Shown: positions 17,183-25,654 of the stretch, piece after piece
How the letters are laid out: each line of letters begins with the position of its first letter
Position numbering within the stretch: position 1 is the first letter of the stretch
Virus record (IMG/VR): IMGVR_UViG_3300032373_001170
Coordinates: 15,762 to 79,761 of that record
DNA: 64,000 bases
Strand: one strand, 5' to 3'
Source of the DNA: a virus
Taxonomy: Duplodnaviria; Caudoviricetes
Made by a program: the position numbers and the translations under genes
The notes under the pieces: generated by a model
Database searches by the model: none
What the model was told of the DNA's origin: nothing
The model's input: the letters and a program-made list of their open reading frames with translations, nothing else

Positions 17183-18527
17183 TATGGCTGTTGATTCCTT
17201 TTCCGGCAGCGATGCAAATGGTGGCGCTGACTGGAATGATGAGCTAGCAACGTTAACTGCAGCATTTGCTGCTGCCTCATCAGGAGACACAATATATCTG
17301 CGAAATTCAAATGGCGGTGGTTTCTTAGAGCAGTTTGGCGGGGATGCTACGTTCTCAGGGCCTACTGCGGTTGGTAGTAGGCCAATAAGGATCATCGCCG
17401 TTCTATCAACTACGACTAACTGGCCTCCTCAAGAATCAGATCTAGTAGTTGATCAGCTTGATTCAGATGTTGCCGTTCTGGAAAACACTGGCAACAATGA
17501 CATTCGTAGTGATGGCTTCAATTATTGGCGAGGGGCAATAGTTAAAGCTGGTGCTTTTTTTAATGATAGCCGGTCTCAGTGCTCTAGCATTTTTGAAAAA
17601 TGCCAGATCCATTATGGTGTCGTGGCAGGGGGATCTAGGTATATTTATATTGGAGCGACCTCTTCCCCCGCAGGCCCATGGACTCTGACGCTCATTGATA
17701 CAGACATAGTTCCATCGGCTGCCGATGATGCTATTGCAAATTTTCATCGAGGAGCGAAGCTTATTTGGCGTGGCGGAAGTGTGCTCGGCTCTTCTGTGAA
17801 CGAGGCGTTTGTTTTTAATGAGGGAGGGAGTGCAGAGGTATTTGGCGTTAATATGTCTATAATAACTGGCACTATTGTCTCAGTACCAGCTAGTGCAGAA
17901 GTCGCGATTGATGCGCTCTTTCATCGTTGCACTGTAAATGCTCTTGCGACAAAGGTGGTAAACAATGCGCCGATGTCTATCGGTAGAGTGCGGTTTCTTG
18001 AGTGTGACTCTGTTGATAATGTAAATAATGCAGAAATCAGTGATAACGAGGGTGATGTTTTTAATGATACTGGTATCACCATGGTTGGTGGTTATAGCGC
18101 GTATTCAGCTGATTACAGTTTAAAGTTTGTGACTACTGCTAACGTGGTTCCAATTATTCGTCCACTACGATATTTGGTTGGCAAGATTAATGTTGATCTA
18201 TCATCAGTGAGAACGTTTGTTATTCCGTTCGTTCATGATTCCGCAACACCGCTGGATAATACTCAAATTTGGCCTGAGCTAGAAATCATCAGTCAATCGT
18301 CAACCTTAGGGCAGATAATATCAGGACGGGTTTCTAGTATTCTCAGCACACCGGCTGTTCATTCGGCGTCTACAGAGACTTGGAATAACACTCAAGGCAT
18401 GACTAGCGAGAATAAACAAGAAATGTCCATTTCTACACCCATTAGCAAACACTCTGTAGTTTATGTTTATGCTTGTTTGGCAGAGTTAAGTTATGCAGCC
18501 TATATTGGCAAGGTGAGTCATTCCTAA
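17175..18527 (+). CDS. putative beta-helix virion fibre/decoration protein
   Basis: N-terminal VDSFSGSDANGG.DW...ATL.AA..AASSGDTIYL (pectin-lyase-like start); G/S/N/V-rich. Confidence 0.5.
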   Translation: MVDMAVDSFSGSDANGGADWNDELATLTAAFAAASSGDTIYLRNSNGGGFLEQFGGDATFSGPTAVGSRPIRIIAVLSTTTNWPPQESDLVVDQLDSDVAVLENTGNNDIRSDGFNYWRGAIVKAGAFFNDSRSQCSSIFEKCQIHYGVVAGGSRYIYIGATSSPAGPWTLTLIDTDIVPSAADDAIANFHRGAKLIWRGGSVLGSSVNEAFVFNEGGSAEVFGVNMSIITGTIVSVPASAEVAIDALFHRCTVNALATKVVNNAPMSIGRVRFLECDSVDNVNNAEISDNEGDVFNDTGITMVGGYSAYSADYSLKFVTTANVVPIIRPLRYLVGKINVDLSSVRTFVIPFVHDSATPLDNTQIWPELEIISQSSTLGQIISGRVSSILSTPAVHSASTETWNNTQGMTSENKQEMSISTPISKHSVVYVYACLAELSYAAYIGKVSHS

Positions 18528-19705
18528 TGGACCTGCTAGGTGCTGATGGAGTTTTTGTTGAGACCGGATCAGGTTTTGATTTACTAACCGCTGAAGGTGT
18601 TGTTTTTGATGTGCTGGCAGGGGCTGGTACACCGGTGGCTTCTGCATACTCGGCGGGCTTGGAATATGCTTCGACTATCCAGGTTAGCAAAGGTGCGTAC
18701 GTCGAAAGCAACACTGATGTAGAGACTCAGCAATCACAATCAATCGAAAATAGAAGTAATATCGCGTCGCTGGATTTCGGTCGATTTGAAAGCGTTGCTG
18801 ATATTTCAGCAGCAACCGATTTGTGCGTAGAATCTCTTGCTCAGGTTGTTTCTCAGGTTCTAGGTCAGCGTGAAAATGTTACCGAGATTTCAATAGCCGC
18901 TGTTTCCCGTGCTGAGTTGCTGGCGAGGATGATTGTGAGTCTAGACGCGCTCAAAGAGAACAGTGCCTTACTCGTGGCTTCTGCAATTAGTCAGCCCGAG
19001 AACCTGGGCGGCCTTATTCGTCAGGAGTTATCGTTATTTGAATCGGGACAAGGCTTAGCTGCTGTTGCTGCGTCAGTATCATCAGTTATTGAATCGTTAC
19101 AACTAGTAGTTTCTGACTATGCTTCATTGCATGAAGTGAAAGCAGGTGTTGTCTCGGTAAATGCAGCATTAGCAAGTCAAATCGAGTCTGCAAGCTCGGT
19201 TTACGTAGAGTTGAGCAGTTTGCTTGAATCACGCGGAATCATAGTGTCGGCTATTCCAGCAAGTGATGAAGGTCTTTCCTCGCTATCAATTGGGCAAAGT
19301 ATTGTTTACGAATCGATAAATTCGTCTCTAGTGATTTCCTCTGGGCCAGCAAGCTACGAAATGTTGCAGCGAGTAAAGCAAAGCGACAATCAACCATATG
19401 CTTTTATTCAGGCGATTTCTATATCGCGAATAGGGCAGTATCAGACTGTAGCGACGGTCATTGCGACGGGCAGTGAAGCAAGTGAAATATTAAAAAGTAC
19501 CGGCACGGGCTATCAGGTTAGCGATGAAGCCTTGCAATTATTGCAGAGCGTATCAGAATCAAAAATAGAGTTTTTCTCTTCCGGCTTCGCTCTATATTAT
19601 ATTGATTTCGTGGGACTGCTAACCGAATTCATCGACAGTAGTAGCGCTGGAATGGATTTCGATGTATCGGTTTCAAAGTTCATAGACACAACAAGCGCGA
19701 AGTAG
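18527..19705 (+). CDS. putative virion fibre-like protein
   Basis: 392 aa, A/S/V/E-rich and quasi-repetitive; TAATG coupling. Confidence 0.4.
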   Translation: MDLLGADGVFVETGSGFDLLTAEGVVFDVLAGAGTPVASAYSAGLEYASTIQVSKGAYVESNTDVETQQSQSIENRSNIASLDFGRFESVADISAATDLCVESLAQVVSQVLGQRENVTEISIAAVSRAELLARMIVSLDALKENSALLVASAISQPENLGGLIRQELSLFESGQGLAAVAASVSSVIESLQLVVSDYASLHEVKAGVVSVNAALASQIESASSVYVELSSLLESRGIIVSAIPASDEGLSSLSIGQSIVYESINSSLVISSGPASYEMLQRVKQSDNQPYAFIQAISISRIGQYQTVATVIATGSEASEILKSTGTGYQVSDEALQLLQSVSESKIEFFSSGFALYYIDFVGLLTEFIDSSSAGMDFDVSVSKFIDTTSAK

Positions 19706-19720
19706 TCGTGAATATAAAAT
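19706..19720 (+). promoter_or_regulatory. putative late promoter TCGTGA-ATA-TAAAAT
   Basis: Recurrent motif. Confidence 0.65.
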
Positions 19721-19746
19721 TGTCGCAACTTTAAAAGAGGTGCGAT

Positions 19747-20499
19747 ATGGCAATTTTAGTATCCGAGCTGAAGAAATATGGCGCTGCTAATCGTCCAGAA
19801 GATGATGTCAGCGTATCTGGTGGTGGGATAGATGCGAACTGTGTATTGGATGTTGCTCAGTTAACCGCCAATACTACCCTTCGTATTTTTTCTGATAACG
19901 CAGCAGACACCACTCAGTCAATTACAATCACGGGTAGGCTCCCGTCAGGCGAAATTTCGAGTGATGTTATCCCTATGAATGGGGTGGATGGGACAATATT
20001 GGTTGTCGGTGCCGTAACCTTTGAACGTTTTCTCAAATTGGCTGCAAGCGCTCCATTGGTTGGAAACTTAACGGTGGAACAAGATACTGACGGAGCTGAT
20101 ATTGTCACCCTTCCAGCGGGAAAAACTCACGCGTCTATTATGTTTATCGGTTCGGAAAGTGAGGCTGCTGAAACGGATCGATATGAACAAGAGATTTGGC
20201 GCAATGAAAGCGCTGAGTCAAAAACACTTCTGAATGCTGCAATGCAGCTTCTTTCCGATCCAAGCGCAATCATTATGGTGGGAATGGAAATCGCAAAAGA
20301 CAGCGCGACAAGTGTCGCAAACAGAAAAGCGCTGCCCGCCGGTGTCTCTTTCTTTGATGATGGCGCATCCATTGCTGTGCCAGGCAATCAGCTTGAAGCC
20401 AACTCTTCCATTATTTTATGGGTAAATCAAAAGCTAGCCGCTGGTGCGGCTCCCTTAAAATCTACATTCACAACTGAATTGTCGGGATCATCAATATGA
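19747..20499 (+). CDS. putative virion structural protein
   Basis: 250 aa, beta-rich; AGAGGT RBS. Confidence 0.5.
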   Translation: MAILVSELKKYGAANRPEDDVSVSGGGIDANCVLDVAQLTANTTLRIFSDNAADTTQSITITGRLPSGEISSDVIPMNGVDGTILVVGAVTFERFLKLAASAPLVGNLTVEQDTDGADIVTLPAGKTHASIMFIGSESEAAETDRYEQEIWRNESAESKTLLNAAMQLLSDPSAIIMVGMEIAKDSATSVANRKALPAGVSFFDDGASIAVPGNQLEANSSIILWVNQKLAAGAAPLKSTFTTELSGSSI

Positions 20500-20786
20500 G
20501 CGCAGCTAAACCCATAAAGCCTTCTCCAAAATGTGCCGGTCGTGTCGTTGGTGTTTATAGCGAAGCTGACGTTAGCGGGGCTAAGACAAGAGAGCTAAAG
20601 TTGATTTTAACAAAAAAATTGGGATTTCAAAAGCGGGCGGGATGCGGCTTTGATCTCTCCGAGTTAGCAGCTAAGCTTCCGCATGATGGCAAAGTCCGAA
20701 GCGTTGAGTGCCCTAAATGCGGTAATATAATCAAAGCATTCAATGCTGCATTTAAATCCGAGCCCGGTTTGGATAAAGGCGAGTAA
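20496..20786 (+). CDS. Zn-ribbon protein
   Basis: Cys residues and CPKCG. Confidence 0.5.
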   Translation: MSAAKPIKPSPKCAGRVVGVYSEADVSGAKTRELKLILTKKLGFQKRAGCGFDLSELAAKLPHDGKVRSVECPKCGNIIKAFNAAFKSEPGLDKGE

Positions 20787-21115
20787 TGGATGCAGAGGTC
20801 GAAAAATATGTATCCGGAGAGTCCGGCGTAGGTCTTCGGCATAATACCGGCAGGGATCTAATAGCAGCAATAAGTCTAAAGCTTACTATTACGACGCCTA
20901 CAGGTGATATATGGGAAGCGGTTGGTGTTATTGTCGGTGCCTCTGATGTTACAACAAAAAGATTAGGTTTATTTAAGGGTGGGGAATATGCTGTATATAT
21001 AACAAAGCCTGGTGAATTTGTTGCTCTAGGTTATTACTTTCTTCAGTGGGAATTTGATTTCGGAGGCGGGAAGGTTTTGAAACCTGAGCTACAGATACTT
21101 GAAGTCGAATTATGA
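20786..21115 (+). CDS. BppU-like / Ig-fold small structural protein
   Basis: NTGRDL...LTITTPTG..W....Y.T..G...ALG.Y.LQ..F.FGGG pattern. Confidence 0.4.
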   Translation: MDAEVEKYVSGESGVGLRHNTGRDLIAAISLKLTITTPTGDIWEAVGVIVGASDVTTKRLGLFKGGEYAVYITKPGEFVALGYYFLQWEFDFGGGKVLKPELQILEVEL

Positions 21116-22317
21116 ATAATCGAAGCGTTAGCAAAGGCGATTCGGTTTATTTTCAATCAAAGCATGGCCCTAAGTCTGGTGTTGTCCTTTCTCACGGTGA
21201 GCATGGCTTGTCGGTAGATTCTGATGGGCAAACTCATAAAGTTTATTGGAAGCACCTGCTTGGTCATAAGCAGCGTTTGCAGCACAAAATGTCGCTTGTT
21301 GAAAAAGGCGAAGACGGTGCAATCGTAAAAAATGAAAAAGGTGATCATAGCTATATCGCGGGCGAAATGCCAGAGGCTGCTGGTTATCTCGACAAGATAT
21401 CATCCCTAGATGAAAATTCCGAAGGTGATTTAATTACCAGACGCATAGAGCGCGAACTTGAGCAAGTAACTCGCTATATGGTTGTTGACGCAAGGTCTCT
21501 TGACGACGGTAATGTGCTAGTCATAGAGTCAGTTAAAACATCACCATTACTGCTAAAACATCTGGAAGACAATAAACTTCAAATCGACTATGACGCATTT
21601 AACATGGTTAAAGCTGATGGCGATAAAGAAGAAAGCCTCGTTCTCATTCAATTTACTGTTGAAGATGATCAATTGCAAAATCTTGTTAATGCGGTCGCGA
21701 TATTTCAACGTAAAAAGTCTACAGATAATGAAATGATTATTGTACGCGGACGTGAGGTTAAGGGCATGCAGTCTGCGACTATGGCTATTAAGTCAATTAG
21801 TGGTCGCTCTGTATTTTATTTTGATCAAAAAGCAGATGAGGAAGTGTCAGAAAATGTGTCAGTATCAAATGACCTGGTGGATTTAATGATGAAATCTAAT
21901 TCATTAGTGATATTCAAAAGCTCTACAGTAAATCGTCAAGGACCAGTTTTAGATAATTCATCAGATGTAAAGCATGAGATAGAGACGGAAGATGATGATA
22001 TTGTGGATTCTAGTGATCAAAGCAGCGCGAGCGCTGAAGTGTTTCCAGAGCAGAGCGAAGAGGAAGAGGAGCTGGCAACTTCGGTAGGCGGTGAAAATTC
22101 AGAAGGTCAAATTGAAGAAAATGAGCAAGATGAATTGTCGCCTGAGCCTTTAGAGGTCAAAGATAATGATGAGTCGATAGAAAAAAAAAGTAAGCCGAAA
22201 CTTAGAAAATCAATAGCCGGTTTTTTTAGCCGTATGTTCTCCCGTTCGGGAGGCAACCCTCAAGAAAAAGCAAGCAAACCTGTTTTGGTTGTTTTCAAGT
22301 CAGGCAAGAATGACTAA
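21112..22317 (+). CDS. putative internal head protein
   Basis: 401 aa with an acidic linker and several hydrophobic-x-K-S motifs. Confidence 0.55.
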   Translation: MNNRSVSKGDSVYFQSKHGPKSGVVLSHGEHGLSVDSDGQTHKVYWKHLLGHKQRLQHKMSLVEKGEDGAIVKNEKGDHSYIAGEMPEAAGYLDKISSLDENSEGDLITRRIERELEQVTRYMVVDARSLDDGNVLVIESVKTSPLLLKHLEDNKLQIDYDAFNMVKADGDKEESLVLIQFTVEDDQLQNLVNAVAIFQRKKSTDNEMIIVRGREVKGMQSATMAIKSISGRSVFYFDQKADEEVSENVSVSNDLVDLMMKSNSLVIFKSSTVNRQGPVLDNSSDVKHEIETEDDDIVDSSDQSSASAEVFPEQSEEEEELATSVGGENSEGQIEENEQDELSPEPLEVKDNDESIEKKSKPKLRKSIAGFFSRMFSRSGGNPQEKASKPVLVVFKSGKND

Positions 22318-23473
22318 GCCTGTCTTATTCGATATTGGACCGTTAAGCTGCTCATGCACTGATCATGTGCTTGAAGAAATGCATAAGGCGCTTATTGACC
22401 CGCCTGGATCTGAAGGAGTATGGAAGCCGCATCATGACTTATACGTGCGTGATCACATTGAAGACGTAACTCAGTGGGGACTAAAAATATTAGTCGATAT
22501 TCAATCAGATATGCTTTCAATTATCGAAGGCAGCCCGGTCAAAAATGACGAAAACCTGTTAGGCAAGGCGTTAGGCTGGACTCGATATACGGAAAAGGAA
22601 TTCGAAGCAATACAGCGGTTATTGGAAGATAAAGGCCCAGAAAATTACAGCGTTGACGACTGGATGATGGTAGTTGATTTGATTGTGCATCGATATTTGC
22701 CAAGTGATGTAGTACGGACTGAAGCGGAATATATTGCAATGCGCTCTGTGATGCTCGGTAAAATACAGGCGAGCACTGAGCGCAAAAAACTTAAAAATAA
22801 GGAAATTCTTGCGCTTGCTGGCGGCTTACCGGAAAGCGCAGCCAATATTGCATCGATATCAAAGCTCTCATTGAGAGAGCAATCTGTATTTGATATCTCA
22901 AAAGCTAGGTCTGCACTATATATTACTGAGCTTGGTGATAGCACAAGGCGTCGAATAAAACAGATTGTCATTAATCATCATCAAAATATATTAAACGACG
23001 ATCCTGATTCAAGCCTGTGGAATTTAGAAAGTAATTTGCTTGATGAGTTTGGTGTGCTTAATCGTGACTGGCGAAGAATTGCATTAACCGAAGTGGCAGA
23101 GAATACAAATCAAGGTTTTATCGCAAGTCTCGAAGAGGGGACGGTAGTTCAGCGTGTTGAAGCATACGATGGTGCCTGTAGTTTCTGCCGTAAAATTAAT
23201 GGATCGAAATACACCGTGGTGGACGCAGCTAGAACAGATAAACGCGGTGAAACTGAGGTATGGGTTGGAAAAACAAATGTTGATAGATCTTCAAGCCCAA
23301 GAAAGCGAGTTGGAGACGAACTGATTGATAGGTCGCCTTCTGAGTTATGGTGGCCTGCAGCTGGTGTCCAGCATCCACATTGTCGCGGGACGTGGAGAGT
23401 TATTCATCAGGCTTCCTCTGACGTTGATCCTGAGTTCGCGAAGTGGATTGACAAAGCTTTATCAGCCGCTTAG
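22310..23473 (+). CDS. MuF-like head morphogenesis protein
   Basis: RDWRRIALTE, ACSFCRKING, QHPHCRGTW. Confidence 0.75.
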   Translation: MTKPVLFDIGPLSCSCTDHVLEEMHKALIDPPGSEGVWKPHHDLYVRDHIEDVTQWGLKILVDIQSDMLSIIEGSPVKNDENLLGKALGWTRYTEKEFEAIQRLLEDKGPENYSVDDWMMVVDLIVHRYLPSDVVRTEAEYIAMRSVMLGKIQASTERKKLKNKEILALAGGLPESAANIASISKLSLREQSVFDISKARSALYITELGDSTRRRIKQIVINHHQNILNDDPDSSLWNLESNLLDEFGVLNRDWRRIALTEVAENTNQGFIASLEEGTVVQRVEAYDGACSFCRKINGSKYTVVDAARTDKRGETEVWVGKTNVDRSSSPRKRVGDELIDRSPSELWWPAAGVQHPHCRGTWRVIHQASSDVDPEFAKWIDKALSAA

Positions 23474-23488
23474 TCGTGAACTTATATT
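23474..23488 (+). promoter_or_regulatory. putative late promoter TCGTGA-ACT-TATATT
   Basis: Recurrent motif. Confidence 0.65.
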
Positions 23489-23537
23489 AACGGTCGAACA
23501 TGATGGTTTTGTTTCACGTAACAAATCGGAGAAATTA

Positions 23538-24032
23538 ATGAATAGAATTAGAGTATGTATAGCAACAATATTGCTGGCGGTCAGCACTTCAGCTTCAGCT
23601 TGGGTTAGTGATCTAACCAATCCATTGTCTGTAAACTATTCTGCTGTGGAGAAAGATATTACCGTATCGGTTAAATCAGATTACAGCGTCAAATCAGTTG
23701 GTGGCTTGAAAGAAAGTAAACACTCAGAAGATATTATCTTACTCGTCAAGCCTGATTACGGAGCCAAATCAGCTGCTGACTTTAAAGTCGACAAGCGGAA
23801 TATCTGCGTTAGTTGTCATGCAAACGAAAACCCGATGTGGCCACCCTCATTTGCGGGAGCAAGCATCCAGATTAACGATGGTGAACCGAGTGGGAAGATA
23901 AGCGCCTCTTATCATGTGCATGGACCAGGTTGCAGTCATAAAGCAAACGGAAATGCTAAGCGTATTGATAAGACACTCATAGCAACCGCTAGCGGTATGC
24001 TTGCTGAGAAAATCCTTCGGACAGATTTGTAG
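23538..24032 (+). CDS. exported protein with a CxxCH motif
   Basis: GGAG RBS; signal peptide MNRIRVCIATILLAVSTSASA; CVSCH. Confidence 0.6.
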   Translation: MNRIRVCIATILLAVSTSASAWVSDLTNPLSVNYSAVEKDITVSVKSDYSVKSVGGLKESKHSEDIILLVKPDYGAKSAADFKVDKRNICVSCHANENPMWPPSFAGASIQINDGEPSGKISASYHVHGPGCSHKANGNAKRIDKTLIATASGMLAEKILRTDL

Positions 24033-24062
24033 CGCTCTATAGCTCAAAGTTAGATAAAAGCG

Positions 24063-24088
24063 AAAGGCGGCCTGAGGCCGTCTTTTTT
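24063..24088 (+). terminator. intrinsic terminator
   Basis: GGCGGCC-TGA-GGCCGTC followed by T6. Confidence 0.8.
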
Positions 24089-24092
24089 ATTG

Positions 24093-24107
24093 TCGTGAGC
24101 ATAATAT
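24093..24107 (+). promoter_or_regulatory. putative late promoter TCGTGA-GCA-TAATAT
   Basis: Recurrent motif directly after the terminator. Confidence 0.7.
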
Positions 24108-24135
24108 CAAGGCACGTACAAAAGGAGAAAACCAG

Positions 24136-24708
24136 GTGGAAAAAATCAAGTGTTACATGCTAATGGAAACAGAAAGCGCTAGGCTTTATGTGCGCCGATA
24201 TAGCAAGTCACCGGGGTGCTCTGTCTCAGCGTCAGGCGTGCATAACAAAATAGAACTGATTTCAGAAGACGCTAAAAGCGTAATTAGCGACATATTTGAA
24301 TCTGAGAAACGTAAGCTTGTTTCGTGTGAGTGTGGATACAAGTTCAAGGATGACGACCCTGCTGTTTATTCCATTATTGATGTCTATAGTCGCTCTGATA
24401 CTGGTGAACTCGTAGAGCTGAGAAATGCGGATGTTGGAGCAATGTGGTTTTCAGATACGTATCCATGGAAAGGGCCTGATCGAAAATCTCTAGTAGTCAG
24501 AACGCCAGGTGGCGACTGGCCAATTGATATGCAGGCAAGTAATTGTGATAAGAAAGATGATAAAACTCACAAATGCTGGGTACGTCATGGTAAGCCACCT
24601 GAAGTAACTGTTGATAAAAACGGTAATACCTGCGGCGCTGGTGCAGGCTCAATTCTTATTAAGGGTTATCATGGATTCCTTCGCAACGGATATCTGGAGC
24701 GCTGCTAA
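24136..24708 (+). CDS. Cys/His-containing hypothetical protein (DUF6527-like C-terminus)
   Basis: AAGGAG RBS; C...HKCW...CGAGAGSI...YHGFLRNG. Confidence 0.5.
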   Translation: MEKIKCYMLMETESARLYVRRYSKSPGCSVSASGVHNKIELISEDAKSVISDIFESEKRKLVSCECGYKFKDDDPAVYSIIDVYSRSDTGELVELRNADVGAMWFSDTYPWKGPDRKSLVVRTPGGDWPIDMQASNCDKKDDKTHKCWVRHGKPPEVTVDKNGNTCGAGAGSILIKGYHGFLRNGYLERC

Positions 24709-25607
24709 TGACATTAGCCGTATTTTATAAATCACCTACGCCCGCTCAGATCGAAGCAGGTAATTATCCGAAAAAGCATATTCGTTTGTATGGAATGAAG
24801 ATTTCTATAGAGAATAGAAAAGGCAGTATTCGGACTGGAGTAGACAAAGGCGGTAGTAGTTGGTCTATAAAAATGAAATTTGATTACGGGGATATTAAAG
24901 GTACGGCGGGACTGGATGGTGATGACTTAGATGTTTATGTTGGTCCAGATAAAGATGCAGAAAAAGTTTATGTGGTTCATCAGCACAAAATTGAAAAAGT
25001 TAAAAGCTGGCCGAAAGAAACATGCGAAAAATGCGGAGAAGAGCATCAAGAATGTTGGCACGACATAGATGAAGATAAAGTGATGATGTGCTTTTCATCA
25101 AAGCAAGCAGCGGTCGAAGCTTACTTATCCCAATACGATAGCCCGTTATTTCTAGGTCCAGTAACTGAAATGAGTGTTGACGAGTTTAAGAAGAAAGCGC
25201 TCGCCACGAAGGACAAGCCTAAATTGATCAAATCTCTTTTTCTTAAGGGTGGAGTTAAGCCTGCGCTCTGTTTTGACTTTGATAAGGTAATTCATAGTTA
25301 TAAAAATGGATGGGAAGGCCCGTCAAAGATAAGTGGAGGACCCGTTCCCGGCGTGAACGATATGATTAAAGTGTGCCGTGAGCACTTTAAAGTTGTTGTA
25401 AATTCTGCCAGGTGTCAGAGTAAAACTGGTAGAGAGGCGATTGAAAAATGGTTGAAAGATAATGATATTGAGGTCGATGAGGTGTCAGAACATAAACCGA
25501 TAGCCGTAGCCTACATTGACGATCTAGCAATACCGTTCACGGGCGATTGGCTTAATGTTCAAAAGAGACTAAAAGAGCTTACAGATGCGAATGTAAGCAG
25601 GCCGTAG
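24708..25607 (+). CDS. InPase (pyrophosphatase-like) plus HAD phosphatase fusion
   Basis: ISIEN.KGS.R...YG.I.GT.G.DGDDLDVYVG...EDKVM; then CFDFDKVIHSY...NSAR...KP....YIDD. Confidence 0.75.
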   Translation: MTLAVFYKSPTPAQIEAGNYPKKHIRLYGMKISIENRKGSIRTGVDKGGSSWSIKMKFDYGDIKGTAGLDGDDLDVYVGPDKDAEKVYVVHQHKIEKVKSWPKETCEKCGEEHQECWHDIDEDKVMMCFSSKQAAVEAYLSQYDSPLFLGPVTEMSVDEFKKKALATKDKPKLIKSLFLKGGVKPALCFDFDKVIHSYKNGWEGPSKISGGPVPGVNDMIKVCREHFKVVVNSARCQSKTGREAIEKWLKDNDIEVDEVSEHKPIAVAYIDDLAIPFTGDWLNVQKRLKELTDANVSRP

Positions 25608-25622
25608 TCGTGAGCTGATAAT
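25608..25622 (+). promoter_or_regulatory. variant late promoter TCGTGA-GCT-GATAAT
   Basis: One mismatch in the -10 element. Confidence 0.55.
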
Positions 25623-25654
25623 TGGCCACTAATAACTCGAATTAGTGGCCGCTC

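Noticed and set aside
23325-23537. Upstream extension of the CxxCH ORF
   Set aside because: It overlaps MuF and the promoter motif; ATG 23538 has an SD and yields a clean signal peptide.
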